A stretch of DNA of 63,989 bases, the filler included, from Dirinaria sp. TL-2023a (Eukaryota), in NCBI GenBank assembly GCA_051941275.1. It is 4 parts of 4 records of this genome, joined end to end, with 100 filler letters (N's around TTAATTAATTAA, not from the genome) between each part and the next. Parts side by side here need not be neighbours in the genome. Positions count along the whole stretch, not along the records: positions 1 to 16,547 come from JAVEBF010000486.1; 3 more parts are not named here. One strand, written 5' to 3'. Position numbers and translations under genes: made by a program. Below, piece after piece: positions 1 through 10,428 of this stretch. Each line of letters opens with the position of its first letter. Positions within the stretch are counted from its first letter, which is position 1. A model generated the notes under the pieces. That model was not told the origin of the DNA and searched no databases. It worked only from the letters and a program-made list of their open reading frames with translations.

Positions 1-91
1 ATGCCAGGATCTGAACGCCTACCTTACCTACCTACCTACCTACCGCTCGCTCGCTAATCGAAAACCACCGGCACCTACTTACGGACTGAAT

Positions 92-1456
92 TCAAGAACT
101 CTCCCCCTGCTTCTCCTTCTTCTTCCTCTCTTCTTCTTCCTCCTTCCAGCGCAGGCGCTGCGCCTCCCCCGTCTCCCAATCCTTGACCAGCCGCCACTGA
201 TCCCCATCCTTCAGACCCACTTCGCGCAGATTGCACGGGCCGCGCCCCCACTTCTCGTAGTAGACGTCGCGGCCCAGGTCCATGGTCATCTGGATGCCCT
301 TCTCGAAGCCGTCGCTGTCGCGGTAGAAAGGTTCGCCCTGGCCGCCTTTCTGGCGCGACTGCCACGTGTTCCTGCCTTCGGCGCGATCGCCTTTGGCGCG
401 CTGCATGTCGTCCAGGCGGTGCAGGATGTCTTTGTAGCGCCAGCTGTTTTTGGCGGGGGGGTCCTTGTTTTTATTATCGGGGGACGGATCATCCCCCTCG
501 CCGCGAAGGTAGAGGATCTCCAGATCTTCGAGCGCCGTGTCCACGTCCCAGATCTTGCCCGCGGCGGCGCCTTCGATGGTGAAATTCTTCATCCACAGCC
601 GCTCGTGCATGTCGCAGTCCGTCATGTAGAACGGGATCAACGTGTCCCAACCCCCGGCGTCGACGAAGGACTGCGTGCGCACGAGCGAGAGCCGGTCATA
701 GGCGAACCAGCGCGCGGCGAGTGGACCCGCTGGGGTCCCGTACGTGGGCGCCATTGAGGCGCGCAGGACTTCGACTGCGCGAGCGTATGCGCTCTGGAAG
801 GGAGAGGAAGTCTCCTTTTCGTGGCCGTCGGGCTCGAATTCCTCGTCACTGACGATGGGCGCATCCATGTGCGCCCAGAAATACTGTGGCCAAGCCTTCT
901 CCACGGCCGTGTAGGTGAAGAAATTCTGCAGCTGGGCGAATGTGAGCAGTGTTGGCGTGATCAGCACGTTGATGCCCAGGATCTTCGTCAGCCGGTGGTG
1001 GTCCAGGAAAAAGGGGTTCTGGATGGTCAGTTTCCCGTCCTTGTTGCTGTGCATCACCCCGGTGTTTTCCACGACATAGATGTCCCCCGGCGGCCATCCG
1101 GCTGTGATGTAGCTCACTACCACCTGCTGCAGCAAGCGCCAGTTCCGGGTGAATCCGATGAATAACGGTGTTTCTTCCTTCACGTGCGTGCTGGGCGGAC
1201 GGTTCCACTGCGGGATCGGAGGCAGGTCTTTGGGAGATTTGGCGCCGGCTGCGAGGGGGAAGTTGTCTTTGATCTCGGGCGGTGGAGGAGGATCGGGCTT
1301 GTACAGTGGTTTCGGGGGCGGCGCATCTTTATCTGGGTTCCCAATGTTGGGGATCTTATCGCGGAGGTTGGTACGGGAGGCGGAGAAGAGGGATAGTACG
1401 AGGAGTAGGGCGAGGAAGGCGAAGATTGTGCGTTTGGACCGTGCGGGCGAAAGCAT
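92..1456 (-). CDS. Conserved fungal type II membrane protein, putative glycosyltransferase (454 aa)
   Basis: Intronless ORF. N-terminal TM anchor (IFAFLALLLVLSLF) and Pro-rich stem, then a GT-A-like domain (PLFIGFTRNW, YVVENTG, WAHMD, FYMTDCD). Confidence 0.6.
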   Translation of the reverse strand: MLSPARSKRTIFAFLALLLVLSLFSASRTNLRDKIPNIGNPDKDAPPPKPLYKPDPPPPPEIKDNFPLAAGAKSPKDLPPIPQWNRPPSTHVKEETPLFIGFTRNWRLLQQVVVSYITAGWPPGDIYVVENTGVMHSNKDGKLTIQNPFFLDHHRLTKILGINVLITPTLLTFAQLQNFFTYTAVEKAWPQYFWAHMDAPIVSDEEFEPDGHEKETSSPFQSAYARAVEVLRASMAPTYGTPAGPLAARWFAYDRLSLVRTQSFVDAGGWDTLIPFYMTDCDMHERLWMKNFTIEGAAAGKIWDVDTALEDLEILYLRGEGDDPSPDNKNKDPPAKNSWRYKDILHRLDDMQRAKGDRAEGRNTWQSRQKGGQGEPFYRDSDGFEKGIQMTMDLGRDVYYEKWGRGPCNLREVGLKDGDQWRLVKDWETGEAQRLRWKEEEEERKKKEKQGESS

Positions 1457-2305
1457 GGTGCTCAGCGACCCAAGAATCGTGGGAATAGAGCTGTCGAGAT
1501 ATGGAGAGAGGACTTCATGCTCTAGAGGATATGAGGGTCGAATGGGGAAGAATAGGTGCTCTGATAGGCAGAGTATGTCATAGGTGTAACTTCCTCGTAG
1601 TAGGGGTCAGTTAGCTCGACCAGCGGGCAGACTTGAAATTGACGTTGCCCCTGCAGTTTACTGATCGTTGTGATAGTGATGCCAATGATTGCTCTAGCAA
1701 TGAGGTAAGAATAGGGAAAGTGTTCAACCGGTGTCGATTGTGCGATATGGGGAGATGGCTGAAGGTTCACAGTCGGCAGGATCGGCCCCTCGGGCGCAGA
1801 CGAGGCGTCGCATAGTGAACTTGGCACAGTCGCAGATCGAACTGGATGATTGGCCAAGACCGGGCAGCTTAATTGTGAAGATTGTGAATATTGCAATTGG
1901 CCAATATTATTCGATCATAATACAGGATGTCAAAGGTTGCATTACCAAGAGATACTGGTACTAGTGACAAGGAAATCAAAATTTCAGACGTTGGCGGACG
2001 TTGAGATCAGCCAAATAACGTTCGACGTTGCTTTTTTTCCGACCCTTGCATGACCGAGCGTGTCCGACGCTTGACCGGATTGATTACGTTCTCTAGCCTC
2101 TACTGATATACATCTACATAATTATGCCATACAGGGCTGAGCCGGATTCTAGCGGAATCAGGAATCAAGTCTATCCGCTTGAGGTCCGCAGAAGTAAAGC
2201 TGTACAAGCTCAAAAGTCCCCAGCTCAATGACATGCATTCGGCACTCTTTGACTCTGTATGTGATGCTGCCTTTGCGTCCGTCGAGGGAATGAATCTTCC
2301 TGCCC

Positions 2306-3067
2306 TCACTTGAGTATCCTAAAGAGCTTCGGTGCCGCACACTGCGTGGCGCAATGCTGGAGGTGGAAAACTATCGGGGCAGCACGTTAGCATGGCCCGG
2401 CACAGCACGCACGAAGCAAAACTGCTTCTGACGGTTGGATTTTCAGTCTGCAACTTACATTCTTCAACGCAGTCTTCTTTCGGGCCGGGATGATCTGGGT
2501 TTTCTTCTTGCTGCCGTACTCGTGCAGCACAAGCGTCGAAGTGATGCTTGTGAGGGGCGCATTGGACGGATTGGGCACATTCTGTGAGAGATGGAGCATG
2601 AGCAGAGACCTGGCACAGGTGTGGTTTTGGTAGGCGACGTAGAATATACAATTGAGTCTCTGGAAAGGGCTTGATGTGGATGCTGGTTGCGATAGATTGC
2701 TGCTCGAAGAATTGTCGAGCCCGGGAGAGCAAGCCGTGTAGCTCCAAAGATTGAACGTATGGCATTGCTGAATTTCGAGAAATACAAGGAACTTACCGGC
2801 TTCTAGCTTTGGTTTAGGATCTTCAGGCTCCTCCTCTTCCTCTTCTTCTTCCTCTTCCTCTGCGTCGTCGTCTCCACCCTCGTCATCACCACCTTCGTCA
2901 CCTTCTTCATCACCGCCCTCGCCACTCTCTTCTCCGCTTTCTTCGCCCTTGTCCTCACCGCTCTCTTCCTCTCCACCCTCTTCCTCTTGATCTTCTGACG
3001 GAGCGTCAGCGTGGACTTCGGCGGTGAAGGAGGCGTAGAGATCCGAGAACAGGTCGGTGAAACCCAT
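2306..3067 (-). CDS. QCR6: Cytochrome b-c1 complex subunit 6 (hinge protein), 3 exons
   Basis: Acidic N-terminus ending EEPEDPKPKLE (exon 3067-2797). Exon 2 reads ECAQSVQCAPHKHHFDACAARV...KEDCVEE and the last exon FFHLQHCATQCAAPKLFRILK*. GT-AG introns with CTAAC-type branch site. Confidence 0.95.
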
Positions 3068-3613
3068 GGTGGCAGGAGGTAGGTAGATGTGAGCGAAAGG
3101 CACTGGAGGCCAGCAATGGATCTCAAGGGACTACTCTGAGTGAGTGTGGTTGAAGTGAAGGGAGGTCGGGATTAGAATCGACGAACTGAGAAAGCTTTAG
3201 AATTGGCCGCTTTTGATTGGTGGAGAGAGCGTCCTCGAAAGAGGCAAGCCCTAGATAAACCCTGGATACCTACAGTAAGATTAAGGCACATTATTGTAGC
3301 CCAATGTCTGCCTCACGCCAAGACCCCGGAAGCATGTGATGGTCAACTCTGACAGCTTGGAAATCACCAATAAAGCGTAAGTGATTCGCTGCAACGGGCT
3401 TTCCCTTCTAGCAATCTCCTTCGAAGTGCATTCGTAGAACTTTGTACTGGCCGAAGATTGGCTCCGCTATCCACCCTGAGTTCAGTGAGTCTTGGCAGTC
3501 GTTGCAGGAATCTCGGGACCTCCACGATACCCAGAAAATACAAAAAGAAAACAAATAACAGAAGCTCTCGGAACTCATCAGAGCAGGAGCCCCGGAGCTC
3601 TCTGTCCGGTACG

Positions 3614-4512
3614 ATGTCCATCAAGTAAGTACCGCTCATTTGAAGCTATGTCTCTCAACGTTGAAAACAAGGCTGATGCGATCTGTCGAGGATAGTTGGG
3701 TAATGCTCGACAAAGACACCGGTTTCGTACGTCTACCAGGCGAACGCATACTCTTTACTTCGCCTCCACGAACGACTCTCGAACTCTCTTCGCCAAATTC
3801 CTATCCGGGCAAAGAGCCACTATCAATACATTGCAGTAACGGGCGGGCGTACCTCACAACCCAGCGAGTAAGTGCTGCGAGACTCGCGCCCTCTACATGG
3901 TAGCTGATCCCATGGCCCTCAAAGCTAGTCTACCTTCCCATCGCCTCGACACCTCGATTCCAGTCCCTCTCCGCCCCAATTCTGAATCTGCAAGACACGC
4001 ACGTCACAGCGCCCTTTTTCGGCGCCAATGTGTTCGTCGGCATCCTCAAGCCCGTGCCCGGCGGCAATATCCCCGCACAGCATCCGTTCGTCGATATAAA
4101 AATGACATTCAAAGAAGGCGGAGCTTTCGACTTCTCAGCGACGTACGACCGGATCAAGGAGCGAATGGACCAGACCGTCAGTCTAGCGCGGGAAAGCGGA
4201 AGCGCCGCCCCAGGAATGGGGAGCGGGGGCGGTCTGCCTCAGGCCGATCTGGAACAGTTACCTGCATACACCGAGGCTGGAGCGCCGGCTCAGGAAGCCG
4301 CTCAGCAGCCTACAGCCTCTACTCCGCAGGCTGCACCTGCTGCACCTGTGCTGTCGTCTACGGAGGACCCGCATGTCAAGCCTGAGCCTGTTCAAGAACA
4401 GTATCTGCCGCCTACGGAGCCGCCACCTGGATATGAGGAGACCCAAGCCGCGACCGTGGCGAGAGATTTGGAGGAGAATATTAGAAGGATAGGCTCTGAA
4501 CATAGTCTTTGA
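3614..4512 (+). CDS. WW-domain-binding protein 2-like (PH-GRAM) protein, 3 exons
   Basis: Spliced MSIN|WVML...GRAYLTTQR|LVYLP...APFFGAN...FKEGGAFDF, with a C-terminal PPPGY (PY motif). Confidence 0.85.
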
Positions 4513-5058
4513 TGAGGTGCGGAGTAGGTACAGTTGGAGGGACAAATGGAGTCTTGGGAACGTGGCGCTAGCGAATCAATGATTCCACGAAACGTCAGCG
4601 TTCGCATAGCGATTGGGTGTAGAAATAGATACCTTTCGAATCCACGGCCTGCTGTGTTTTTGCTCTTTTTGTAAGTGGTCTTAGGTATATGTAACATTAA
4701 TATTCCGAAAAGCAATCCACAAAGGATTAGGCGAAGCGCAAATGGTGTATGATGCGAGGCCTTCTCTCATGGCTCATATAAGATACCTGTTTTACTTTAG
4801 GTACTTCGAAAATCGAAATCATATCATGGCCAAAGTCCCGTTGCAAAATGAATGCCATCTAGCTGTAGAAAAACAATCAATATCGGAGAAATGTAAGGCT
4901 TCTCGTCGACCTCCAACCCTGAATATCATGACAGCACGGAACTTCCATCTTATTAGCTGGTTGGAGGTAGCGCTCTGGGTGATTCAGCGAGGGCCTTACA
5001 GATGAAGTAGATGGATGAAATGCGCTCAAGGCTGCCTATGTCGCACAGCACGGTTTTC

Positions 5059-5251
5059 TACCTTAGCGGAGATATACGATTCCATGGGACCGAGAAGGCG
5101 CGGTGGCTCTGAAAACATAGTATAGACACCCTTATTGGTCGTAAAATACCGTGTAGATACTGTATCGACAACTTATTAATCGTTACGATACTGTTTTTCA
5201 GAGCTACTACCCCTTCTCGGTCCTATGGAATCGTATATCTCTGCTAAGGTA
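5059..5251. mobile_element. Fold-back / MITE-like element (~190 bp) with long terminal inverted repeats flanked by TA
   Basis: 5059-5098 is the reverse complement of 5212-5251 with 2 mismatches. Pairing continues inward (GGTGGCTCTGAAAA / TTTTCAGAGCTACT). TA lies on both sides of CCTTAGC...GCTAAGG. Confidence 0.65.
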
Positions 5252-5868
5252 TGTTTTTTTGACTATTTCAAGACCTTTATGCTTGATGGATTCTTCGTAA
5301 GAGTATGAAACCGTCATTGCGGAGAGGAATAATTCAGAAACTCTGCATCTGCTTGCCAAACGCTTGGCTGGATTAAGCATTGCATTTGCTGGGGCTTTAG
5401 AAAAGGATGACAATCTGGACGCAATGAGAACTTCTTGTACAAGGCACAGAAGCGCACGTCCTCTTCCATCGACGCAGCAAGGATTTGGACACCGAATATA
5501 GATTGAATATAGATTGAAGGCGTTCTGTAAGTGTTACGGACTGTCTTAGGCTGTAGTGCCCCATGTGAAGTAGGAGCTACTAGGCGTAGCATTGCTTACA
5601 TCACGGTTTCATTCGCAGCAGCTGCTGGTTCCGCGCAAGCGCTCAGCATTCATAGCCCGTCCAATTCCGTAGCGGGACTCGATGTTTGCAATCCCAAAGT
5701 GGCGGTCGATGTATCATCGCTGCGTTAACATGCAGGCCATGCCATGCGTTGTATATAGAGCACGTAATCGTCTGATATTGAATACGGCTATATTTGGATC
5801 GCGTGGAGTAGATGCTTTACCCATAACTTTCTGGTGATCAAGTTCACCGAGATGGCCATCTTCCGAGG

Positions 5869-7689
5869 TCAACTGTCCCACCTTTCATCCCAACCTTTTC
5901 TGTGATTTGGATAACGCAGCATTGGAGAAAGCGGCTTCTGAGTTTTCATGGTGGCTTTCCCCATAACTTGCTCGTATAGCCGCAAGTTCATCGCTGAAAG
6001 TCTTGGATCCCACCATGCCATAACGCCCGGTTGCTTGTGCTCGCTTGTCTTCCATTTATTGGTGAATAATGTATCTGGGTAGGGATCCATAGCTGATACA
6101 ACGTCAAATTGTGCCACTGCACCCTCGATGCCAGCATAAAACGTCGGGGAGAATGGTGATGGAGAAGAAAGTGAGTAAACAGGAGAGTCTGAGCGTGTAC
6201 GGAGGTACATATTGTAATTGCTTCGTATTTCCTTTGCCTGAAAGTGGTAATTGCAGCACGGTCGATGAGGCTGATAGGCTTCAATACCAGTACTCTTGAG
6301 TGGTGAGCCGGTATCGCAAGCGTCTAAATTCGAAGCGTGGTACATTCTACCACCTGGCATCCTGAGATCGAAGACTTTGATCATTGCATGTCTAGAGGCG
6401 CCAGCAGCAAAGCGCTCCTGACCAAAAGGTAGGAGAGAGTAGATAGCTGAGTTATCAACTGGGTCCATGAAGAAAATTGCTGATGATGCAGGTGATCGAG
6501 AATCATGGAGCCTAATATTTCCGTCATAGCCACCGCTCAAAAACAAATCTCCTTCAGCGCCGCCTGCTACAGACGACGGGGAAATCGGAGCAATGGGATA
6601 GATCGAAGTTGAGCCGGTGCTAGGAGCATCATTTTCCGAAGTTCGGCCTTCTGAGGTGGATTCGCCACCTCGAGCGTCTACCTCGTACTTCCAAATTGGC
6701 CTCTCCGAAAACCCAGCTTCTCGTATACCATAAACGAGTAGTGGTTGACCCGAAGGACCCCGGCCCACAGCAAGGCGGTCCTGTCGGAGAAAGCGAGAGG
6801 ACCAGGTTCTGCCAGGTCGGCCAGGGGGGATCGCGGATACTTCGCTAAGCGGCCTTTGGGAATCACCTTGGGAAACAGCCGCATATAGCGCGACTATGCT
6901 ATCAGCTAAGCATGCTGCGATGAGTGGCGCTGGCGAGTCATTGACTGTAGCTGATCTGACAGGCCGTCCATTGGTAATGTAACGAGCCACAATATTGTGC
7001 TTTGGGCCCTGTGCGGCTACAGCAACCCGATCGAGCCTACCACTAGCTCGGCCCACTATAACGTGCTCTGATCCGTCATCCAATCGTTGGTGTGGGCGAA
7101 TTAGGTTGGTAGCAGTAATGTCATCCCTACCCTCAGCCATGTCCTTCTCGTGGTAAGTGATCCATTCGTGCACATGATGGTGGTGATCAATGGCCCCTTG
7201 CCTAAGCCGCCCCCTTTGCCCTTTCCGTTTCCTTTTTGCCTCATCGCCAGTCCACTTCAGCCTCAATATTAACTCGGCGCCTCCACCCCAGGCCAAAACC
7301 TCTTTTCGCGAGCTCCAGTTGCCGCCGCCGAATTCTTCATAGCTGTCAATAACTGGCTGGTAGCCCATCGTCTGGCGCCGCTGATGTGACAAATTCCAGT
7401 TCGAGACATTTTGTCCAGGTCTGAAAGGCTCGATATATCGAGCTATGAAAGCTTTCCGATCCCAGTTCCGCGACCAGGTGGTCAGAGAATGGGCGGCGTC
7501 CTTCCAAAGGGGCGGGGTTTGAAATGAAGGGAACCGTGTTTGCACGAACACTCTGAACCCATCGGTCTGTATAAAGTGATTGAGCCTCTTGCAAGTCAAA
7601 GCAATGCGCAGCAAAGTCTGTGCGTTTTCGCAGTGAACGATGAGCTGTGCAAGGAGCTCAGGAGGCAATTCCTCTAAGGACAGAGTCAT
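5869..7689 (-). CDS. F-box domain protein with C-terminal WD40-like beta-propeller (606 aa)
   Basis: N-terminal LEELPPELLAQL F-box-like motif. WD-like segments FLSGGYDGNIRLHDSR and MIKVFDLR. Confidence 0.8.
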   Translation of the reverse strand: MTLSLEELPPELLAQLIVHCENAQTLLRIALTCKRLNHFIQTDGFRVFVQTRFPSFQTPPLWKDAAHSLTTWSRNWDRKAFIARYIEPFRPGQNVSNWNLSHQRRQTMGYQPVIDSYEEFGGGNWSSRKEVLAWGGGAELILRLKWTGDEAKRKRKGQRGRLRQGAIDHHHHVHEWITYHEKDMAEGRDDITATNLIRPHQRLDDGSEHVIVGRASGRLDRVAVAAQGPKHNIVARYITNGRPVRSATVNDSPAPLIAACLADSIVALYAAVSQGDSQRPLSEVSAIPPGRPGRTWSSRFLRQDRLAVGRGPSGQPLLVYGIREAGFSERPIWKYEVDARGGESTSEGRTSENDAPSTGSTSIYPIAPISPSSVAGGAEGDLFLSGGYDGNIRLHDSRSPASSAIFFMDPVDNSAIYSLLPFGQERFAAGASRHAMIKVFDLRMPGGRMYHASNLDACDTGSPLKSTGIEAYQPHRPCCNYHFQAKEIRSNYNMYLRTRSDSPVYSLSSPSPFSPTFYAGIEGAVAQFDVVSAMDPYPDTLFTNKWKTSEHKQPGVMAWWDPRLSAMNLRLYEQVMGKATMKTQKPLSPMLRYPNHRKGWDERWDS

Positions 7690-8113
7690 TTCAGCAATCT
7701 GCGTTTTGCTAGCATCACGATAACGATGGAACCAATAGATATACCTAGAGTTTCAATCAGTCTGAAGAAGCTCAACTGTTCATGATGTTCGGATCGGATG
7801 TCGAAGATGAAACTTTACATGATGACGGCATCCCCTTCCCGATTATCATACGGTATTAAGATGCCTCGGATGCGTAATTGCGTACTCGTACCTTATCGAT
7901 AAGCCCTACCAAATTCTGCCGCCCTCCCGCCGAACCGCAGCGGGAGATGAACAGGGGTTGGAAATAACACCAGGGGATAATATTGGATGAACTGCAGTAC
8001 TTGCAGGTAGGAAGGCACAGGTACATAAAATACCATACCTTTCCATCTCTGACCTTACTGTATAAAGACTGGTCTGTCTCTTCCATTGAGCTCATAGTCA
8101 TGAAAAGTGTAAC

Positions 8114-9608
8114 ATGTGCTTAAATCATGTGCCGAGGCCGCTTGATAGTCCGATGAGATCATTGGTCTTTTACTGGATCCTATGGAAGTTGCTCCTCTTG
8201 GTGATTGCCTATCTGGCTCCTGGGCCCGGCTACGATACTTCTACGCAACTCCTATTCGTTCCAAATGAACCAGATTACGCAGCAGCGGCGTCCTTCGTCT
8301 CCAAGCTCGTCAAATGGGACGCTGTTTATTTCACCCAAATTGCACATCGGGGTGCCCTGTTTGAGCAAGAATGGGCTTTTGGCTGGGGCTTTGTAAACGT
8401 TTTGGGCTGGGTATCTAGGGGTGCGAAGCCATCCGAGAATGATTAATGGAAGCGGACTGACCCTTTCAGCTATGACCTCTGCTGGGCTGAGTGAACTTAC
8501 CTCGCCAGAGGCTGTCGCAGGCATTACCATCGCTCATTCGTCTCATCTGCTCTCCGTGCTTGTGCTGTTTCGTCTGTCGAAGGCTGTCTGCCTGAACGAT
8601 TCTGAGAGGGTTGCAGAAAGGTTCGCTCTTCTAGCGGCGGCCTTCCATGTCGTTTCACCAGCAGGCGTGTTCCTCTCGGCACCCTATGCTGAAAGCGCTT
8701 TTGCTTTGTTCAATTTTTCGGGATTCTATCTATATGCTATCTCGCATAATGAGCTAAAGAGGGGTCAGGATTTTGTGAGGTGTTCCGCGGCAAGGGTGGC
8801 AGCCGGGGTTTCCTTCGGATTGGCAACTACTCTCCGGAGCAATGGCCTGCTCAGTGGTTCTCTACTCGTTTGGGATGCTGTCGAAAGCGCATGGTGGGTT
8901 CTCACACGCCACCATGCTGCAATCGCCTTGCACCGCCTTTGTATCACTCTTGCAACTGGCTGTGTCATGGCTCTAGGTACTGCGGTTCCACAGTATCTCG
9001 CATACACGGAGTACTGTGGAAATTCAGCCCAAGATCGGAGGTCTTGGTGCTCAAATTGGATCCCGAGCATCTATACTTGGGTCCAAAATCATTATTGGTC
9101 AGTCATTCTGATCAAGACTCACGCCTGACTGGAGTTAACATTCGTTAGGGGAGTAGGATTTCTGAAGTACTGGACTCTTTCCAATGTACCATTGTTTTTG
9201 CTCGCAGGTCCTATGCTGTACATTACGATCTATTCCGCAATCTGGGCTTGGAAATGGAACTCGAATGTGGTTGGCGAAAGGCTCAGAGGAAAGGTTTCTT
9301 ACGAACGTGAACAGAGGCAAAACAATTATCACTATCCACAGGTCAAGTCGGATACTATGCAGAGACTTCTGCTGCCACAGCTACTGATGGCCTTATTGGC
9401 CTTGACGAATTCCCATGTTCAAATCATCAATCGCATCTCTTCCGGCTACCCCGTCTGGTACTGGTGGTTGGCTTGGTTGACGCTGAATAATCACAAATTT
9501 CGGTTCTTTGGGAGGCATATGGGCTCTGCACATCTCGTGGTCAGATGGATGGTGGCGTATGCATTGATACAGGGAGGACTGTTCGCAAGTTTTCTTCCGC
9601 CGGCTTAA
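8114..9608 (+). CDS. GPI18: GPI mannosyltransferase 2 (PIG-V family), spliced
   Basis: Motifs GYDTST, KWDAVYF, EQEWAFGWG, SPAGVFLSAPYAES, RSNG, YTWVQNHYW, NVPLFLLA, QIINRISSGYP, LFASFLPPA*. Confidence 0.93.
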
Positions 9609-10428
9609 TGTAACCAGGGGCCACTTCATCGTTACTGCCTCATATGAATTCATTGATGGTTCCCAGTCATACAACGGTCAAAGAGCGTCATAGTGTTGTA
9701 GCTCAACCATGAAGCGATATCCCCACAATCTTAAAACCCTGAGTCCTGTTATGCTTCTATGTCACATTCGCAACGCTGAATATCACTTTGTCGAGTTTGG
9801 AGTGACGTGGTATTGTGTTGCCTGCTTTGTCAGCGGATTCTAGCTTGCGTATCATGTGGTAGCCTTGTGCTCTTGGCCACCATTGGGTATTTAACTCCAA
9901 AGAAGATCTTCAATTACGCCAGAAACACTACCGAACGCAGGGACGGTCACCTTCCCTGCTGTGCCCCCTTATATACTTTTCCGTCGCGGCTTTGATTCCG
10001 GCTTCGCAGTGTCAAGCTTTCACTTTGATCAGTCACCAGTACAGGACATACAAGGGGATTCTCTGCTGCCGCGCGGGTGGCGGCAATCTAAGGTAGAGCA
10101 CGGGCCACGCGATCAGGCTAACTGAAGCACTCGAGTCAGTCTAAGCATTTGGCTGGCCTGAAGGAAGAATTCTAAGTCACTTGGAAGGCACCACTCACTC
10201 TTGACTCTTGAGCCTTGGGAAGTCGGTACTACTGTTTGTTCCGTTCGTACCCCACCGCCTCCAGACCAAGTGAAGTATCTTACATGCGCCCCCTGATGCG
10301 CGCCATTACTCGTTTCACGATAGCTCTTACTTAACTCCGAACACAGAACCTACATCTCATATCCTGTCTACGGCGAGCACCAAGATCCTCGATTCGTTTA
10401 CCTCTGTTCCGTCACGGCAAGATTCAAT

